A stretch of 64,000 nucleotides of DNA, taken from NCBI RefSeq assembly GCF_003991155.1, contig NZ_CP031293.1; one strand, given 5' to 3'. Within the stretch, counting starts at the first letter, position 1, and each line of letters starts with the position of its first letter. Made by a program: the position numbers and the translations under genes. Positions 32,829 through 50,678 of the stretch are shown in pieces. Origin of the DNA: Escherichia coli (GTDB lineage: Bacteria > Pseudomonadota > Gammaproteobacteria > Enterobacterales > Enterobacteriaceae). The notes under the pieces were generated by a model. It was given only the letters and a program-made list of their open reading frames with translations, did no database searches and was not told where the DNA came from.

Positions 32829-33587
32829 ATGAAACAAACACAACGTCACAACGGTATTATCGAACTGGTTAAACAGCAGGGTTATGTCAGCACCGAGGAG
32901 CTGGTAGAGCATTTCTCAGTTAGCCCGCAGACTATTCGCCGCGATCTCAACGAGCTGGCAGAGCAAAACCTGATCCTGCGCCATCATGGCGGTGCGGCGC
33001 TGCCTTCCAGTTCGGTTAATACGCCGTGGCACGATCGCAAGGCCACCCAGACCGAAGAAAAAGAGCGCATCGCCCGCAAAGTGGCGGAGCAAATTCCTAA
33101 TGGCTCGACGCTGTTTATCGATATCGGCACCACGCCGGAAGCGGTGGCGCACGCGCTGCTTAATCACAGCAATTTACGCATTGTGACCAACAATCTCAAC
33201 GTCGCTAACACGCTGATGGTAAAAGAGGATTTCCGTATCATTCTTGCCGGTGGCGAATTACGCAGCCGTGATGGCGGGATCATTGGCGAAGCAACGCTCG
33301 ATTTTATCTCCCAGTTCCGCCTTGATTTCGGCATTCTGGGGATAAGCGGCATCGATAGCGACGGCTCGCTACTGGAGTTCGATTACCACGAAGTTCGCAC
33401 CAAACGCGCCATCATTGAGAACTCGCGCCACGTTATGCTGGTTGTCGACCACTCAAAATTTGGCCGTAACGCGATGGTCAATATGGGCAGTATCAGCATG
33501 GTAGATGCCGTCTACACCGACGCCCCGCCGCCAGTAAGCGTGATGCAGGTGCTGACGGACCACCATATTCAACTGGAGCTGTGCTGA
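32829..33587 (+). CDS. glpR: glycerol-3-phosphate regulon repressor GlpR (DeoR family)
   Basis: 252 aa starting MKQTQRHNGIIELVKQQGYVSTEELVEHFSVSPQTIRRDL (helix-turn-helix). Confidence 0.9.
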   Translation: MKQTQRHNGIIELVKQQGYVSTEELVEHFSVSPQTIRRDLNELAEQNLILRHHGGAALPSSSVNTPWHDRKATQTEEKERIARKVAEQIPNGSTLFIDIGTTPEAVAHALLNHSNLRIVTNNLNVANTLMVKEDFRIILAGGELRSRDGGIIGEATLDFISQFRLDFGILGISGIDSDGSLLEFDYHEVRTKRAIIENSRHVMLVVDHSKFGRNAMVNMGSISMVDAVYTDAPPPVSVMQVLTDHHIQLELC

Positions 33588-35167
33588 TCCTGCACGGCTT
33601 CCCACGTCAGATTAAAACGCGCCAGGTATTTGCGTAGCCGATCCGCGTCGTTGACGCTGGCTTTCCCCTGGCGCGAAACATCAAAGAGTTCACGCCCGGC
33701 AGCGGAAAGCGACTTTGCCTGCCGGCAGATAGCGATAACATGTTCCAGTTGCATACGGTCAAAGAGGTCGATGTTTTCTGCCTCAGCGCCCAGCAACGCC
33801 GTCAGCGCGGAAGGACGACTCTCCTGCCAGTTATAGCGCAGACGGTTTATCTCATCTTCCACCACTTCCAGAGTGATGCGTCCGCTAGTGGCAAAGGTAG
33901 CCATCCGCGTGATGCTGGCAGAAAGTTCGCGAAAGTTACCGCGCCATGTTGCCTGGGGAGATGTCGCAAAGGCCAGCCAGGCGCGCCGCGCTTCGGTGTT
34001 AAAACGCACGCTGTCGCCAGTGAGTGAGGCGTGGCGCTCCACTTCATAATCCAGGTTCGGTTCAATATCTTCCTGGCGCTGGCGTAGACCCGGCAGGGTG
34101 AAGGTCCAGAGATTGATCCGCGCGTACAGATCTTCGCGGAATTTGCCTTCGGCAACCAGCTGACGCAAATCGCGCACCGTTCCGGCGATCAGCTGAAAGT
34201 CGCTACTCACCTGGCGATCGCTGCCAAACGGATAAAAGGTTTTCTCTTCAATGGCTTTCAGCAGCATTGCCTGTTCGTCTGCGCCCAGTTCGCCAATCTC
34301 ATCAAGAAATAACATCCCGCCGTTGGCGCTGCGTAATAATCCTTCCCGCGACTCCCGCGCCCCGGTAAACGCGCCTTTCACATGACCAAACAGCGCTGAC
34401 ATGGCGGTATCGCCGCGCAGAGTGGCACAGTTCACCTCCACAAACGCGCCGCTAAACTGATGCCGCGCCTGTTTTAACTCGAAGATGCGTCGTGCCAGAA
34501 ACGACTTTCCCGCACCGGTTGGGCCGTTGAGCAGGATCGGTGCGCGGGATTTGATCGCCACTTTTTCGATCTGCTCAATCATGCGGTTGAAGTGGGCGTT
34601 ACGCGTGGCAATGCCGGACTTAAGAAAATCGAGCGTTTGCTGGCGTTCCTCGGCAAAGCGGCTGGCGATGGCGTTATAACGGCTTAAATCGAGATCGATA
34701 ATCGTCACTTCACCTGCACCGCGCGGCTGTTCTTTTTTACGCGGTGGCGAAGATTGTATTAACCTGGCGGGCAGGTAACGTGCTTCCGCCAGCAGAAACC
34801 AGCAAATCTGCGCGACGTGGGTACCGGTGGTGATGTGAATTAAATAGTCTTCTTTATCAGGTTCGAACACGTAACCACGGGCGAAATCATGCAGGCAGGC
34901 GTAAACCTCCTCGAAATCCCATGGGTTATGCAGTTCAATCTCAACGCCCACCACTTTTGTTTCTGGCGAAACGCTGGCGATATCGCGTTTAAGCGTTTCA
35001 AACAGCGAGCGCGAGCGGGCGTCGTGCAACAATTCCAGTCGATTGATGACTAACGATTCTTGCTGGCATAGACAGAGTGACGGACGCCATTTCGACCATC
35101 GCTGACTGCCGCGCCCGGCATAATCCAGTACGGTGCCGACAAAGCCAAAAGCCACTGTTTTACGCAT
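33569..35167 (-). CDS. rtcR: sigma54-dependent transcriptional activator RtcR
   Basis: 532 aa; AAA+ sigma54-interaction domain ([24 protein letters not shown]) and a C-terminal helix-turn-helix; convergent 19-nt overlap with glpR. Confidence 0.95.
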   Translation of the reverse strand: MRKTVAFGFVGTVLDYAGRGSQRWSKWRPSLCLCQQESLVINRLELLHDARSRSLFETLKRDIASVSPETKVVGVEIELHNPWDFEEVYACLHDFARGYVFEPDKEDYLIHITTGTHVAQICWFLLAEARYLPARLIQSSPPRKKEQPRGAGEVTIIDLDLSRYNAIASRFAEERQQTLDFLKSGIATRNAHFNRMIEQIEKVAIKSRAPILLNGPTGAGKSFLARRIFELKQARHQFSGAFVEVNCATLRGDTAMSALFGHVKGAFTGARESREGLLRSANGGMLFLDEIGELGADEQAMLLKAIEEKTFYPFGSDRQVSSDFQLIAGTVRDLRQLVAEGKFREDLYARINLWTFTLPGLRQRQEDIEPNLDYEVERHASLTGDSVRFNTEARRAWLAFATSPQATWRGNFRELSASITRMATFATSGRITLEVVEDEINRLRYNWQESRPSALTALLGAEAENIDLFDRMQLEHVIAICRQAKSLSAAGRELFDVSRQGKASVNDADRLRKYLARFNLTWEAVQDQHSSS

Positions 35168-35301
35168 CTTAGATATCCTTATAAAAGACGATATTTCATT
35201 ATCGGCGAATTGGCTTTGCGGGAAATCTCCGTTTACGGACGTAAAGATTTTATCTATTTAAAAACAATGAATTAAAAAATTAATCTACTCATTTAATTTT
35301 C

Positions 35302-35317
35302 TGGCACGACGGTTGCA
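35302..35317 (+). promoter_or_regulatory. sigma54 (-24/-12) promoter of rtcBA
   Basis: TGGCACgacggTTGCA matches the RpoN consensus TGGCAC-N5-TTGCA, about 40 bp upstream of the rtcB start. Confidence 0.8.
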
Positions 35318-35355
35318 ATTATCTGGACAGCAAACAACGAAAAGAGAAAAATAAA

Positions 35356-36582
35356 ATGAATTACGAATTACTGACCACTGAAAATGTCCCGGTAAAAATG
35401 TGGACCAAAGGCGTACCGGTAGAAGACGATGCGCGTCAGCAACTGATAAATACGGCGAAGATGCCGTTTATTTTCAAACATATTGCGGTAATGCCTGATG
35501 TACATCTGGGTAAAGGTTCCACCATTGGTAGCGTGATCCCAACCAAAGGAGCGATTATTCCGGCGGCGGTGGGGGTAGATATCGGTTGTGGAATGAACGC
35601 GCTGCGTACCGCGTTAACGGCGGCTGACCTGCCTGAAAACCTGGCGGAGCTGCGTCAGGCGATTGAAGCTGCCGTGCCGCATGGGCGTACCACAGGCCGT
35701 TGTAAACGTGATAAAGGCGCATGGGAAAAACCGCCTGTTAACGTCGATGCGAAATGGGCTGAGCTTGAAGCCGGTTATCAGTGGTTAACGCAAAAATATC
35801 CCCGTTTCCTTAACACTAACAACTATAAACACCTGGGAACGCTGGGAACGGGTAACCACTTTATTGAAATCTGCCTTGATGAGTCGGACCAGGTGTGGAT
35901 TATGCTGCACTCCGGTTCACGCGGAATTGGTAACGCCATCGGGACTTACTTTATCGATCTGGCGCAAAAAGAGATGCAGGAAACGCTTGAAACATTGCCG
36001 TCGCGTGATCTGGCGTACTTTATGGAAGGTACGGAATACTTTGATGATTACCTGAAAGCCGTGGCCTGGGCGCAGCTTTTTGCCAGCCTTAACCGCGATG
36101 CGATGATGGAAAACGTGGTAACGGCGTTGCAGAGCATTACGCAGAAAACGGTCAGACAGCCACAAACGCTGGCGATGGAAGAGATCAACTGTCACCACAA
36201 CTATGTGCAAAAAGAACAGCACTTTGGCGAAGAGATCTACGTGACGCGTAAAGGCGCGGTGTCTGCGCGTGCTGGTCAATATGGAATTATTCCCGGTTCG
36301 ATGGGAGCGAAAAGCTTTATCGTCCGTGGGCTGGGAAATGTAGAGTCGTTCTGTTCGTGCAGCCACGGTGCCGGGCGGGTAATGAGCCGTACTAAAGCGA
36401 AAAAACTGTTCAGCGTGGAAGATCAAATTCGTGCCACCGCGCATGTGGAATGCCGTAAAGATGCCGAAGTGATCGACGAAATCCCGATGGCGTATAAAGA
36501 TATCGACGCGGTGATGGCGGCACAAAGCGATCTGGTGGAAGTTATCTACACCCTGCGTCAGGTGGTGTGTGTAAAAGGATAA
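35356..36582 (+). CDS. rtcB: RNA-splicing ligase RtcB
   Basis: 408 aa with conserved RtcB metal-binding histidines and Cys (CHHNY, HSGSRG). Confidence 0.95.
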   Translation: MNYELLTTENVPVKMWTKGVPVEDDARQQLINTAKMPFIFKHIAVMPDVHLGKGSTIGSVIPTKGAIIPAAVGVDIGCGMNALRTALTAADLPENLAELRQAIEAAVPHGRTTGRCKRDKGAWEKPPVNVDAKWAELEAGYQWLTQKYPRFLNTNNYKHLGTLGTGNHFIEICLDESDQVWIMLHSGSRGIGNAIGTYFIDLAQKEMQETLETLPSRDLAYFMEGTEYFDDYLKAVAWAQLFASLNRDAMMENVVTALQSITQKTVRQPQTLAMEEINCHHNYVQKEQHFGEEIYVTRKGAVSARAGQYGIIPGSMGAKSFIVRGLGNVESFCSCSHGAGRVMSRTKAKKLFSVEDQIRATAHVECRKDAEVIDEIPMAYKDIDAVMAAQSDLVEVIYTLRQVVCVKG

Positions 36583-37602
<1,020 letters not shown>

Positions 37603-37644
37603 TATAAAGATGTAAGCCGGATCCGACGTATTATCCGGCTAAAC

Positions 37645-40381
<2,737 letters not shown>

Positions 40382-40973
40382 TCACTTCACTGTGGAAAAT
40401 GAGGAAATATTATTTTTTTTGCGCTTCGTAATTAATGGTTATAAGGTCGGCCAGAAACCTTTCTAATGCAAGCGATGACGTTTTTTTATGTGTCTGAATT
40501 TGCACTCTGTCACAATTCCAAATCTTTATTAATGACTCACCTAAAACGACGCTGATCCAGCGTGAATGCTGGGTTGTACGGTATTTCCCTTATGTTCATC
40601 AGTTTCATTTAAGCAAGGGTTTTTTCTTTATCCCTGATGAAAGTGCCATCTAAAAAGATGATCTTAATAAATCTATTAAGAATAAGATGGAGCACACTTG
40701 ATATTTTACTTATGTAACTGTTTCACTCCTTTACTTAATTTATAGAGTTACCTTCCGCTTTTTGAAAATACACAACGGCCATTTTTTGCACTTAGATACA
40801 GATTTTCTGCGCTGTATGGCATTGATTTGCTGCTAATCCTGTGGTTTGCACTAGCTTTAAGTGGTCGAGATCACATTTCCTTGCTCATCCCCGCAACTCC
40901 TCCCTGCCTAATCCCCTGCAGGATGAGGAAGGTCAACATCGAGCCTGGCAAACTAGCGATAACGTTGTGTTGA

Positions 40974-43391
<2,418 letters not shown>

Positions 43392-43400
43392 GGAAGCTCG

Positions 43401-45485
43401 ATGGAAAGCAAACGTCTGGATAATGCCGCGCTGGCGGCGGGGATCAGCCCCAATTACATCAATGCCCACGGTAAACCGCAGTCGATTAGCGCCGAAACCA
43501 AACGGCGTTTGCTTGACGCGATGCATCAACGTACCGCCACGAAAGTGGCGGTAACGCCAGTCCCGAATGTCATGGTTTATACCAGCGGCAAAAAAATGCC
43601 GATGGTGGTGGAGGGCAGCGGCGAATATAGCTGGCTGCTGACCACCGAAGAAGGAACGCAGTACAAAGGCCATGTAACGGGGGGCAAAGCGTTCAATCTA
43701 CCGACAAAGCTGCCGGAAGGTTATCACACGCTGACACTCACCCAGGACGACCAGCGTGCTCATTGCCGGGTGATTGTGGCACCGAAACGCTGTTACGAAC
43801 CGCAGGCGTTGCTGAACAAACAAAAGCTGTGGGGTGCCTGCGTTCAGCTTTATACGCTGCGATCGGAAAAAAACTGGGGTATTGGGGATTTTGGCGATCT
43901 CAAAGCGATGCTGGTGGATGTGGCAAAACGTGGCGGGTCGTTCATCGGTCTGAACCCGATTCATGCGCTCTATCCGGCAAATCCGGAAAGTGCCAGCCCG
44001 TATAGCCCGTCTTCTCGCCGTTGGCTGAATGTGATTTATATCGACGTTAACGCCGTTGAAGATTTCCATCTTAGCGAAGAGGCTCAGGCCTGGTGGAAGT
44101 TGCCGACCACGCAACAGACGCTGCAACAGGCGCGGGATGCCGACTGGGTCGATTACTCCACGGTTACCGCCCTAAAAATGACAGCATTACGAATGGCGTG
44201 GAAAGGTTTCGCGCAACGTGATGATGAACAGATGGCCGCGTTTCGCCAGTTTGTTGCAGAGCAAGGCGACAGCCTGTTCTGGCAGGCGGCGTTTGACGCG
44301 CTACATGCCCAGCAAGTGAAAGAGGACGAAATGCGCTGGGGCTGGCCTGCATGGCCAGAGATGTATCAGAACGTGGATTCACCAGAAGTGCGCCAGTTCT
44401 GCGAAGAACATCGTGATGACGTCGATTTTTATCTCTGGTTGCAGTGGCTGGCTTACAGCCAGTTTGCCGCCTGCTGGGAGATAAGCCAGGGCTTTGAAAT
44501 GCCGATTGGCTTGTATCGTGACCTGGCCGTTGGTGTAGCAGAGGGTGGAGCAGAAACCTGGTGCGACCGGGAGTTGTATTGCCTGAAAGCGTCGGTTGGA
44601 GCACCGCCGGATATCCTCGGCCCGTTGGGGCAGAACTGGGGATTGCCGCCAATGGACCCGCATATTATCACCGCGCGTGCCTATGAACCGTTTATCGAGC
44701 TGTTGCGTGCCAATATGCAAAACTGCGGCGCATTACGAATTGACCATGTGATGTCGATGCTGCGTTTGTGGTGGATACCGTATGGCGAGACGGCAGATCA
44801 GGGGGCATATGTTCACTATCCGGTGGATGATCTGCTCTCGATTCTGGCACTCGAAAGTAAGCGTCATCGCTGTATGGTGATTGGTGAAGATCTCGGTACC
44901 GTACCGGTAGAGATTGTCGGTAAGCTGCGCAGCAGCGGTGTGTACTCCTACAAAGTGCTCTATTTCGAAAACGACCACGAGAAGACATTCCGCGCGCCGA
45001 AAGCGTACCCAGAGCAGTCGATGGCGGTTGCGGCGACACACGACCTGCCTACGCTACGCGGCTACTGGGAGAGCGGGGATCTAACGCTGGGCAAAACGCT
45101 GGGGTTGTATCCGGATGAAGTGGTACTGCGCGGTCTGTATCAGGATCGCGAACTGGCGAAGCAAGGACTACTGGATGCTCTGCATAAATATGGTTGTCTG
45201 CCAAAACGTGCCGGGCATAAGGCATCGTTGATGTCGATGACGCCGACGCTGAATCGTGGCTTACAGCGCTACATCGCCGATAGCAACAGCGCCCTGTTAG
45301 GACTACAGCCAGAAGACTGGCTGGATATGGCGGACCCGGTAAATATTCCCGGCACCAGTTACCAGTATAAAAACTGGCGGCGCAAGCTCTCCGCAACGCT
45401 TGAGGCGATGTTTGCCGATGATGGCGTGAACAAGTTGCTGAAGGATTTGGACAGACGGCGCAGAGCGGCAGCGAAGAAGAAGTAG
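43401..45485 (+). CDS. malQ: 4-alpha-glucanotransferase (amylomaltase)
   Basis: 694-aa GH77 enzyme immediately downstream of malP. Confidence 0.95.
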   Translation: MESKRLDNAALAAGISPNYINAHGKPQSISAETKRRLLDAMHQRTATKVAVTPVPNVMVYTSGKKMPMVVEGSGEYSWLLTTEEGTQYKGHVTGGKAFNLPTKLPEGYHTLTLTQDDQRAHCRVIVAPKRCYEPQALLNKQKLWGACVQLYTLRSEKNWGIGDFGDLKAMLVDVAKRGGSFIGLNPIHALYPANPESASPYSPSSRRWLNVIYIDVNAVEDFHLSEEAQAWWKLPTTQQTLQQARDADWVDYSTVTALKMTALRMAWKGFAQRDDEQMAAFRQFVAEQGDSLFWQAAFDALHAQQVKEDEMRWGWPAWPEMYQNVDSPEVRQFCEEHRDDVDFYLWLQWLAYSQFAACWEISQGFEMPIGLYRDLAVGVAEGGAETWCDRELYCLKASVGAPPDILGPLGQNWGLPPMDPHIITARAYEPFIELLRANMQNCGALRIDHVMSMLRLWWIPYGETADQGAYVHYPVDDLLSILALESKRHRCMVIGEDLGTVPVEIVGKLRSSGVYSYKVLYFENDHEKTFRAPKAYPEQSMAVAATHDLPTLRGYWESGDLTLGKTLGLYPDEVVLRGLYQDRELAKQGLLDALHKYGCLPKRAGHKASLMSMTPTLNRGLQRYIADSNSALLGLQPEDWLDMADPVNIPGTSYQYKNWRRKLSATLEAMFADDGVNKLLKDLDRRRRAAAKKK

Positions 45486-45497
45486 AGTGCGGTTGAT

Positions 45498-45518
45498 GCC
45501 GGATGCGATGCATCCGGC
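45498..45518. terminator. palindromic REP-like hairpin between the convergent malQ and gntT
   Basis: gccggatgcgatgcatccggc is a perfect palindrome between the two stop codons. Confidence 0.5.
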
Positions 45519-45529
45519 AGTCAGTGTTA

Positions 45530-46846
45530 TCAAATCACCATATTCAGCAGCAGACAGCCTACCAGACCGCACACCGAGATAATGGTTTCCAGCATCGACC
45601 AGGATTTGATGGTCTCGCCGATAGTCAGGTTAAAGTACTCTTTGAACAACCAGAAGCCCGGATCGTTCACGTGAGAGAAAATCACACTACCGGAACCAAC
45701 CGCAATAACCATCAGCTCCGGGCTAACACCCGTCGTTGCAATCAGCGGTGCCGCGATACCACCCGCAGTGATTGCCGCAACGGTTGCAGAACCCAGCGCG
45801 ATACGCAGTACGGCAGCAATCGACCAGGCCATCAGCAGCGGAGAAATGTTGGTTTCGTGCATCATGGAAGCAATGTATTTATCCACGCCGCTGTCTACCA
45901 GCACCTGCTTGAACGCACCGCCACCACCGATAATCAACAGCATCATCGCAATGATTTTGATGGAAGAAACCAGCGTGTCGTTAATCTGATCCATTGAACG
46001 ACCACGGTTCAGACCAAAGGTGAACATCGCAATCAGTACGGCAATCAGCGTAGCCATTACCGGGTCACCGAGGAACTCCGCTACCGGCAGGAAAGCGTGA
46101 CCTTTCGGCAGGATCATTTCGGCAATCGCACGCATCGCCATCAGCACTACCGGCACCAGAGAGGTCCAGACGCTGACGCCAAAGCTCGGCATCTCTTCTT
46201 CGCTGAAGGTTTTCGCGCTGTACAGACCTTCCGGGATCGGCTTATCGATACCTTTCAACACGCGAGCGTAAACCGGACCGGCGAGAATCACGGTCGGAAT
46301 TGCCAGAATAGTCCCGTACAGCAGAGTTTTACCCATATCGGCATTGAAAATGGTGGCAATCGCAGTCGGACCCGGATGCGGTGGCAGGAAGCCGTGGGTC
46401 ACAGACAGTGCAGCCGCCATTGGTACACCAACATACAGCAGTGGAATATTCGCGGAAGCCGCGATGGTAAACACCAGCGGCAGCATCAGCACGAAACCCA
46501 CTTCATAGAACAGGGCAAAACCAACGGTAAAACCGGTCAGTACCACCGCCCACTGGATGTGTTTTTTACCAAATTTAGCAATCAGCGTGGTGGCGATACG
46601 TTGTGCGCCACCGCAGTCTGCCAGCATTTTGCCCAGCATTGCGCCAAAACCCATGATCAGGGCAAGGCTACCGAGCGTTCCGCCGACACCAGCTTTGATG
46701 GAGCCAATAACTTTATCCAGCGGCATCCCTTGCATTAATCCAACAGCAAGCGCCACGAGGACGAGAGCGATGAAACCGTTCATTTTGAAGCGGATCATCA
46801 GGAGCAACAACAAGATTACACCGATAGCAACAATGACTAATGGCAT
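45530..46846 (-). CDS. gntT: high-affinity gluconate:H+ symporter GntT
   Basis: 438-aa GntP-family membrane protein (MPLVIVAIGVILLLLLMIRFKMNGFIAL...). Confidence 0.95.
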   Translation of the reverse strand: MPLVIVAIGVILLLLLMIRFKMNGFIALVLVALAVGLMQGMPLDKVIGSIKAGVGGTLGSLALIMGFGAMLGKMLADCGGAQRIATTLIAKFGKKHIQWAVVLTGFTVGFALFYEVGFVLMLPLVFTIAASANIPLLYVGVPMAAALSVTHGFLPPHPGPTAIATIFNADMGKTLLYGTILAIPTVILAGPVYARVLKGIDKPIPEGLYSAKTFSEEEMPSFGVSVWTSLVPVVLMAMRAIAEMILPKGHAFLPVAEFLGDPVMATLIAVLIAMFTFGLNRGRSMDQINDTLVSSIKIIAMMLLIIGGGGAFKQVLVDSGVDKYIASMMHETNISPLLMAWSIAAVLRIALGSATVAAITAGGIAAPLIATTGVSPELMVIAVGSGSVIFSHVNDPGFWLFKEYFNLTIGETIKSWSMLETIISVCGLVGCLLLNMVI

Positions 46847-46866
46847 GATTTACCTGGCCTTTCATT

Positions 46867-46880
46867 TGTTATGGGTAACG
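46867..46880. promoter_or_regulatory. GntR operator-like site in the gntT promoter
   Basis: tgttatgggtaacg matches the GntR half-palindrome consensus. Confidence 0.5.
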
Positions 46881-47006
46881 TCAATTTTCTGACGACAAAC
46901 TCTAATTATCCCAATCGGGAACAGAGATATTGCGGCACCACGACTGATACCCACTAAAACTAATTATTGTAGTCAGATGTCAGGAGTATGTTTGGTACCC
47001 ACGTGA

Positions 47007-47022
47007 ATGATACGGGTAACAT
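47007..47022. promoter_or_regulatory. GntR operator in the gntT upstream region
   Basis: atgatacgggtaacat is the reverse complement of the GntR operator consensus ATGTTACCCGTATCAT. Confidence 0.65.
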
Positions 47023-47150
47023 CTGGCGTTTGAGAATCACCAGAGCGGGGTAAATTTAAATTATGAGAGGTTGGTCATATTATCGCGGGGAAACGAAGGG
47101 AGGGATTTGCCAAAGCAATGCAGCGCCAACGTCTGGCACATGTTCAACGT

Positions 47151-47206
<56 letters not shown>

Positions 47207-47782
47207 TTAGTAGTAGGAGTGTTCGCCGCGCTGGTGTTCGGTGAGATCGCGCACACCTTTCAGCTCCGGGAATTCGTTTAGCAGCTGCTTCTCGATCCCT
47301 TCTTTCAGCGTCACATCGACCATGGAACAACCGTTACAGCCGCCACCAAATTGCAGAATGGCGTAACCGTCTTCGGTGATTTCCATCAGCGAAACGCGAC
47401 CACCGTGACCAGCCAGTTGCGGGTTGATCTGCGACTGCAGCATATACTCAACGCGCTCCATCAGCGGCGCATCGTCTGCGACTTTACGCATTTTGGCGTT
47501 AGGCGCTTTCAACGTTAACTGGGAACCCAACTGGTCGGTAACAAAGTCGATCTCTGCATCTTCCAGGTAAGGAGCGCTTAACTCATCAACATACGCGGTC
47601 AGCAGGTCAAATTTCAGGGCAGTGTCGGTGGCTTCCACAGCATCCGGCGGACAATAAGAAACGCCACATTCAGCGTTAGGCGTGCCAGGGTTAATCACAA
47701 ATACGCGGATTTGTGTCCCTTCTTCCTGATTTGCCAGCAGTTTGGCAAAGTGCGCTTGTGCAGCATCGGAAATACGGATCAT
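47207..47782 (-). CDS. nfuA: Fe/S cluster biogenesis protein NfuA
   Basis: 191 aa with the C-terminal Nfu CxxC motif ([19 protein letters not shown]). Confidence 0.95.
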
Positions 47783-47840
47783 AGTAATGGCCTAATAGTT
47801 GACTATTTTAGTTGGTTATAATACGCCCATCATCGAGGCT

Positions 47841-49332
<1,492 letters not shown>

Positions 49333-49360
49333 GTGGCTTTTGAAATGGCGAGACAGAACT

Positions 49361-50239
49361 TTACTGACTCGCCGCAGCCAACTCTTCTTCTGACACCCCG
49401 GTAAAACGCATGATGTCCGCAAGAGGGACTCCGGATTCAAGCATTATTTTTGCTATATGCAAGGCTTTGGATTGTTCCCCCTCTTGCCGCAATCTTTCCG
49501 CAATAGTCATTAAGCTCTCCTTGTGTTTCGGTGAATGTTCGGCAACGCCGTCGATAAAATCGTTAAAACGTACCGCATCGCCGGTTTGCAAGATGTAATT
49601 AAACAGCCCTTTGATTTGTCTGTCATTAGCGTATCCACTACTTAATAAGCAGGCCATTTGCTCTACCAGCCCCATCAGATCGCGTTGACGAATATGTTTT
49701 TGAATTAACTCCAGCAGCGCCATACGTCGGTGCTGCATGATTTCATCATCAGGCATGACGGTGACATCAATCAGCGGAAATGCGGAGGCATAAAGCTGCC
49801 TTGCCAGGTTGGGATCGGCGAAACAATCCAGCCAACACAGTGAATAGGGATAGGGGCTTTCAATGCCGTGGTAAAACAACAATGGCACCACCATCGGCAA
49901 CGTTTTGTATCCGGCATCCAGGTGATTTTGCATTGCGGCAATAGCGTAACGCATCATGCGAAATGCGATCAGTTTGTTTGAGGTGCTTTGATGTTCAATC
50001 AGACAATAGATGTATCCTGGTCCTTGTTCCGTTTTCACCGACCACAGCACGTCGGAATAGCTTTCACGCAGATCGTCATCAATAAAGCTGCTCGACTCCA
50101 GCTTGAGGGTTTTCATATCACAGAGCGCGTGAATAGGTGCCGGTAAATGGAACGCAAGAAAATCGCGCGCCGTCTCCGGTTGGCGTAAAAAGAGTTTGAA
50201 CAGCGCATCGTGTGGGGTGGAACTCTGCTTTTTGCTCAT
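49361..50239 (-). CDS. rpnA: recombination-promoting nuclease RpnA (YhgA; transposase_31 / PD-(D/E)xK family)
   Basis: 292-aa ORF matching my recollection of YhgA; a core Rpn-family gene, not an IS element (no inverted repeats). Confidence 0.85.
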   Translation of the reverse strand: MSKKQSSTPHDALFKLFLRQPETARDFLAFHLPAPIHALCDMKTLKLESSSFIDDDLRESYSDVLWSVKTEQGPGYIYCLIEHQSTSNKLIAFRMMRYAIAAMQNHLDAGYKTLPMVVPLLFYHGIESPYPYSLCWLDCFADPNLARQLYASAFPLIDVTVMPDDEIMQHRRMALLELIQKHIRQRDLMGLVEQMACLLSSGYANDRQIKGLFNYILQTGDAVRFNDFIDGVAEHSPKHKESLMTIAERLRQEGEQSKALHIAKIMLESGVPLADIMRFTGVSEEELAAASQ

Positions 50240-50384
50240 GGCGTTCCTTCACCTGTTGTTTGAATGCCGCGACTCTACGCGCCACTCCACACCTGTGCAT
50301 TAGCGAGTTTTCATCCCTGCGAGACGCTTTCAGAGGAACTTGCGCCGTGCTGCAAGGGTTGCATTTTTATGGAAAGTCGCACGC

Positions 50385-50420
50385 AAAAAGGCCCGGATGC
50401 AAACGCATACCGGGCTTTTC
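50385..50420. terminator. feoABC terminator hairpin
   Basis: gcccggatgcaaacgcataccgggc with T-runs on both flanks, 3' of feoC. Confidence 0.6.
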
Positions 50421-50441
50421 AAAACAGGCGATGGAGTAAGG

Positions 50442-50678
50442 TTAACGCAGCGCCCACCACTCGCGCAGACAGGCTTTGCCTTCCGGGCAGCTTTTACAAC
50501 TGCCAGAGAGGCAGCCGTCAGGTTCTTCCTGAATCCGCACGGCTTTGCCCATGCTTTCCAGCTGTTGCAGCATGGCGTTAATCATTGGCTGCGGGGTGTT
50601 CAATGTCTGGCTTATCTGGGCCGCTTCCATACGGCCCCGTAACGCCAGCAAATCACGCACCTGAATAAGTGAAGCCAT
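50442..50678 (-). CDS. feoC: FeoC, ferrous iron transport regulator
   Basis: 78 aa starting [22 protein letters not shown] with a C-terminal Cys cluster ([15 protein letters not shown]). Confidence 0.9.
   Translation of the reverse strand: MASLIQVRDLLALRGRMEAAQISQTLNTPQPMINAMLQQLESMGKAVRIQEEPDGCLSGSCKSCPEGKACLREWWALR

Noticed and set aside
49361-50239. yhgA as a transposase or mobile element
   Set aside because: The protein belongs to the transposase_31/Rpn family, but it is a conserved core gene (rpnA) at its usual position between bioH and feoC, with no flanking inverted repeats; it is treated as a CDS, not a mobile element.
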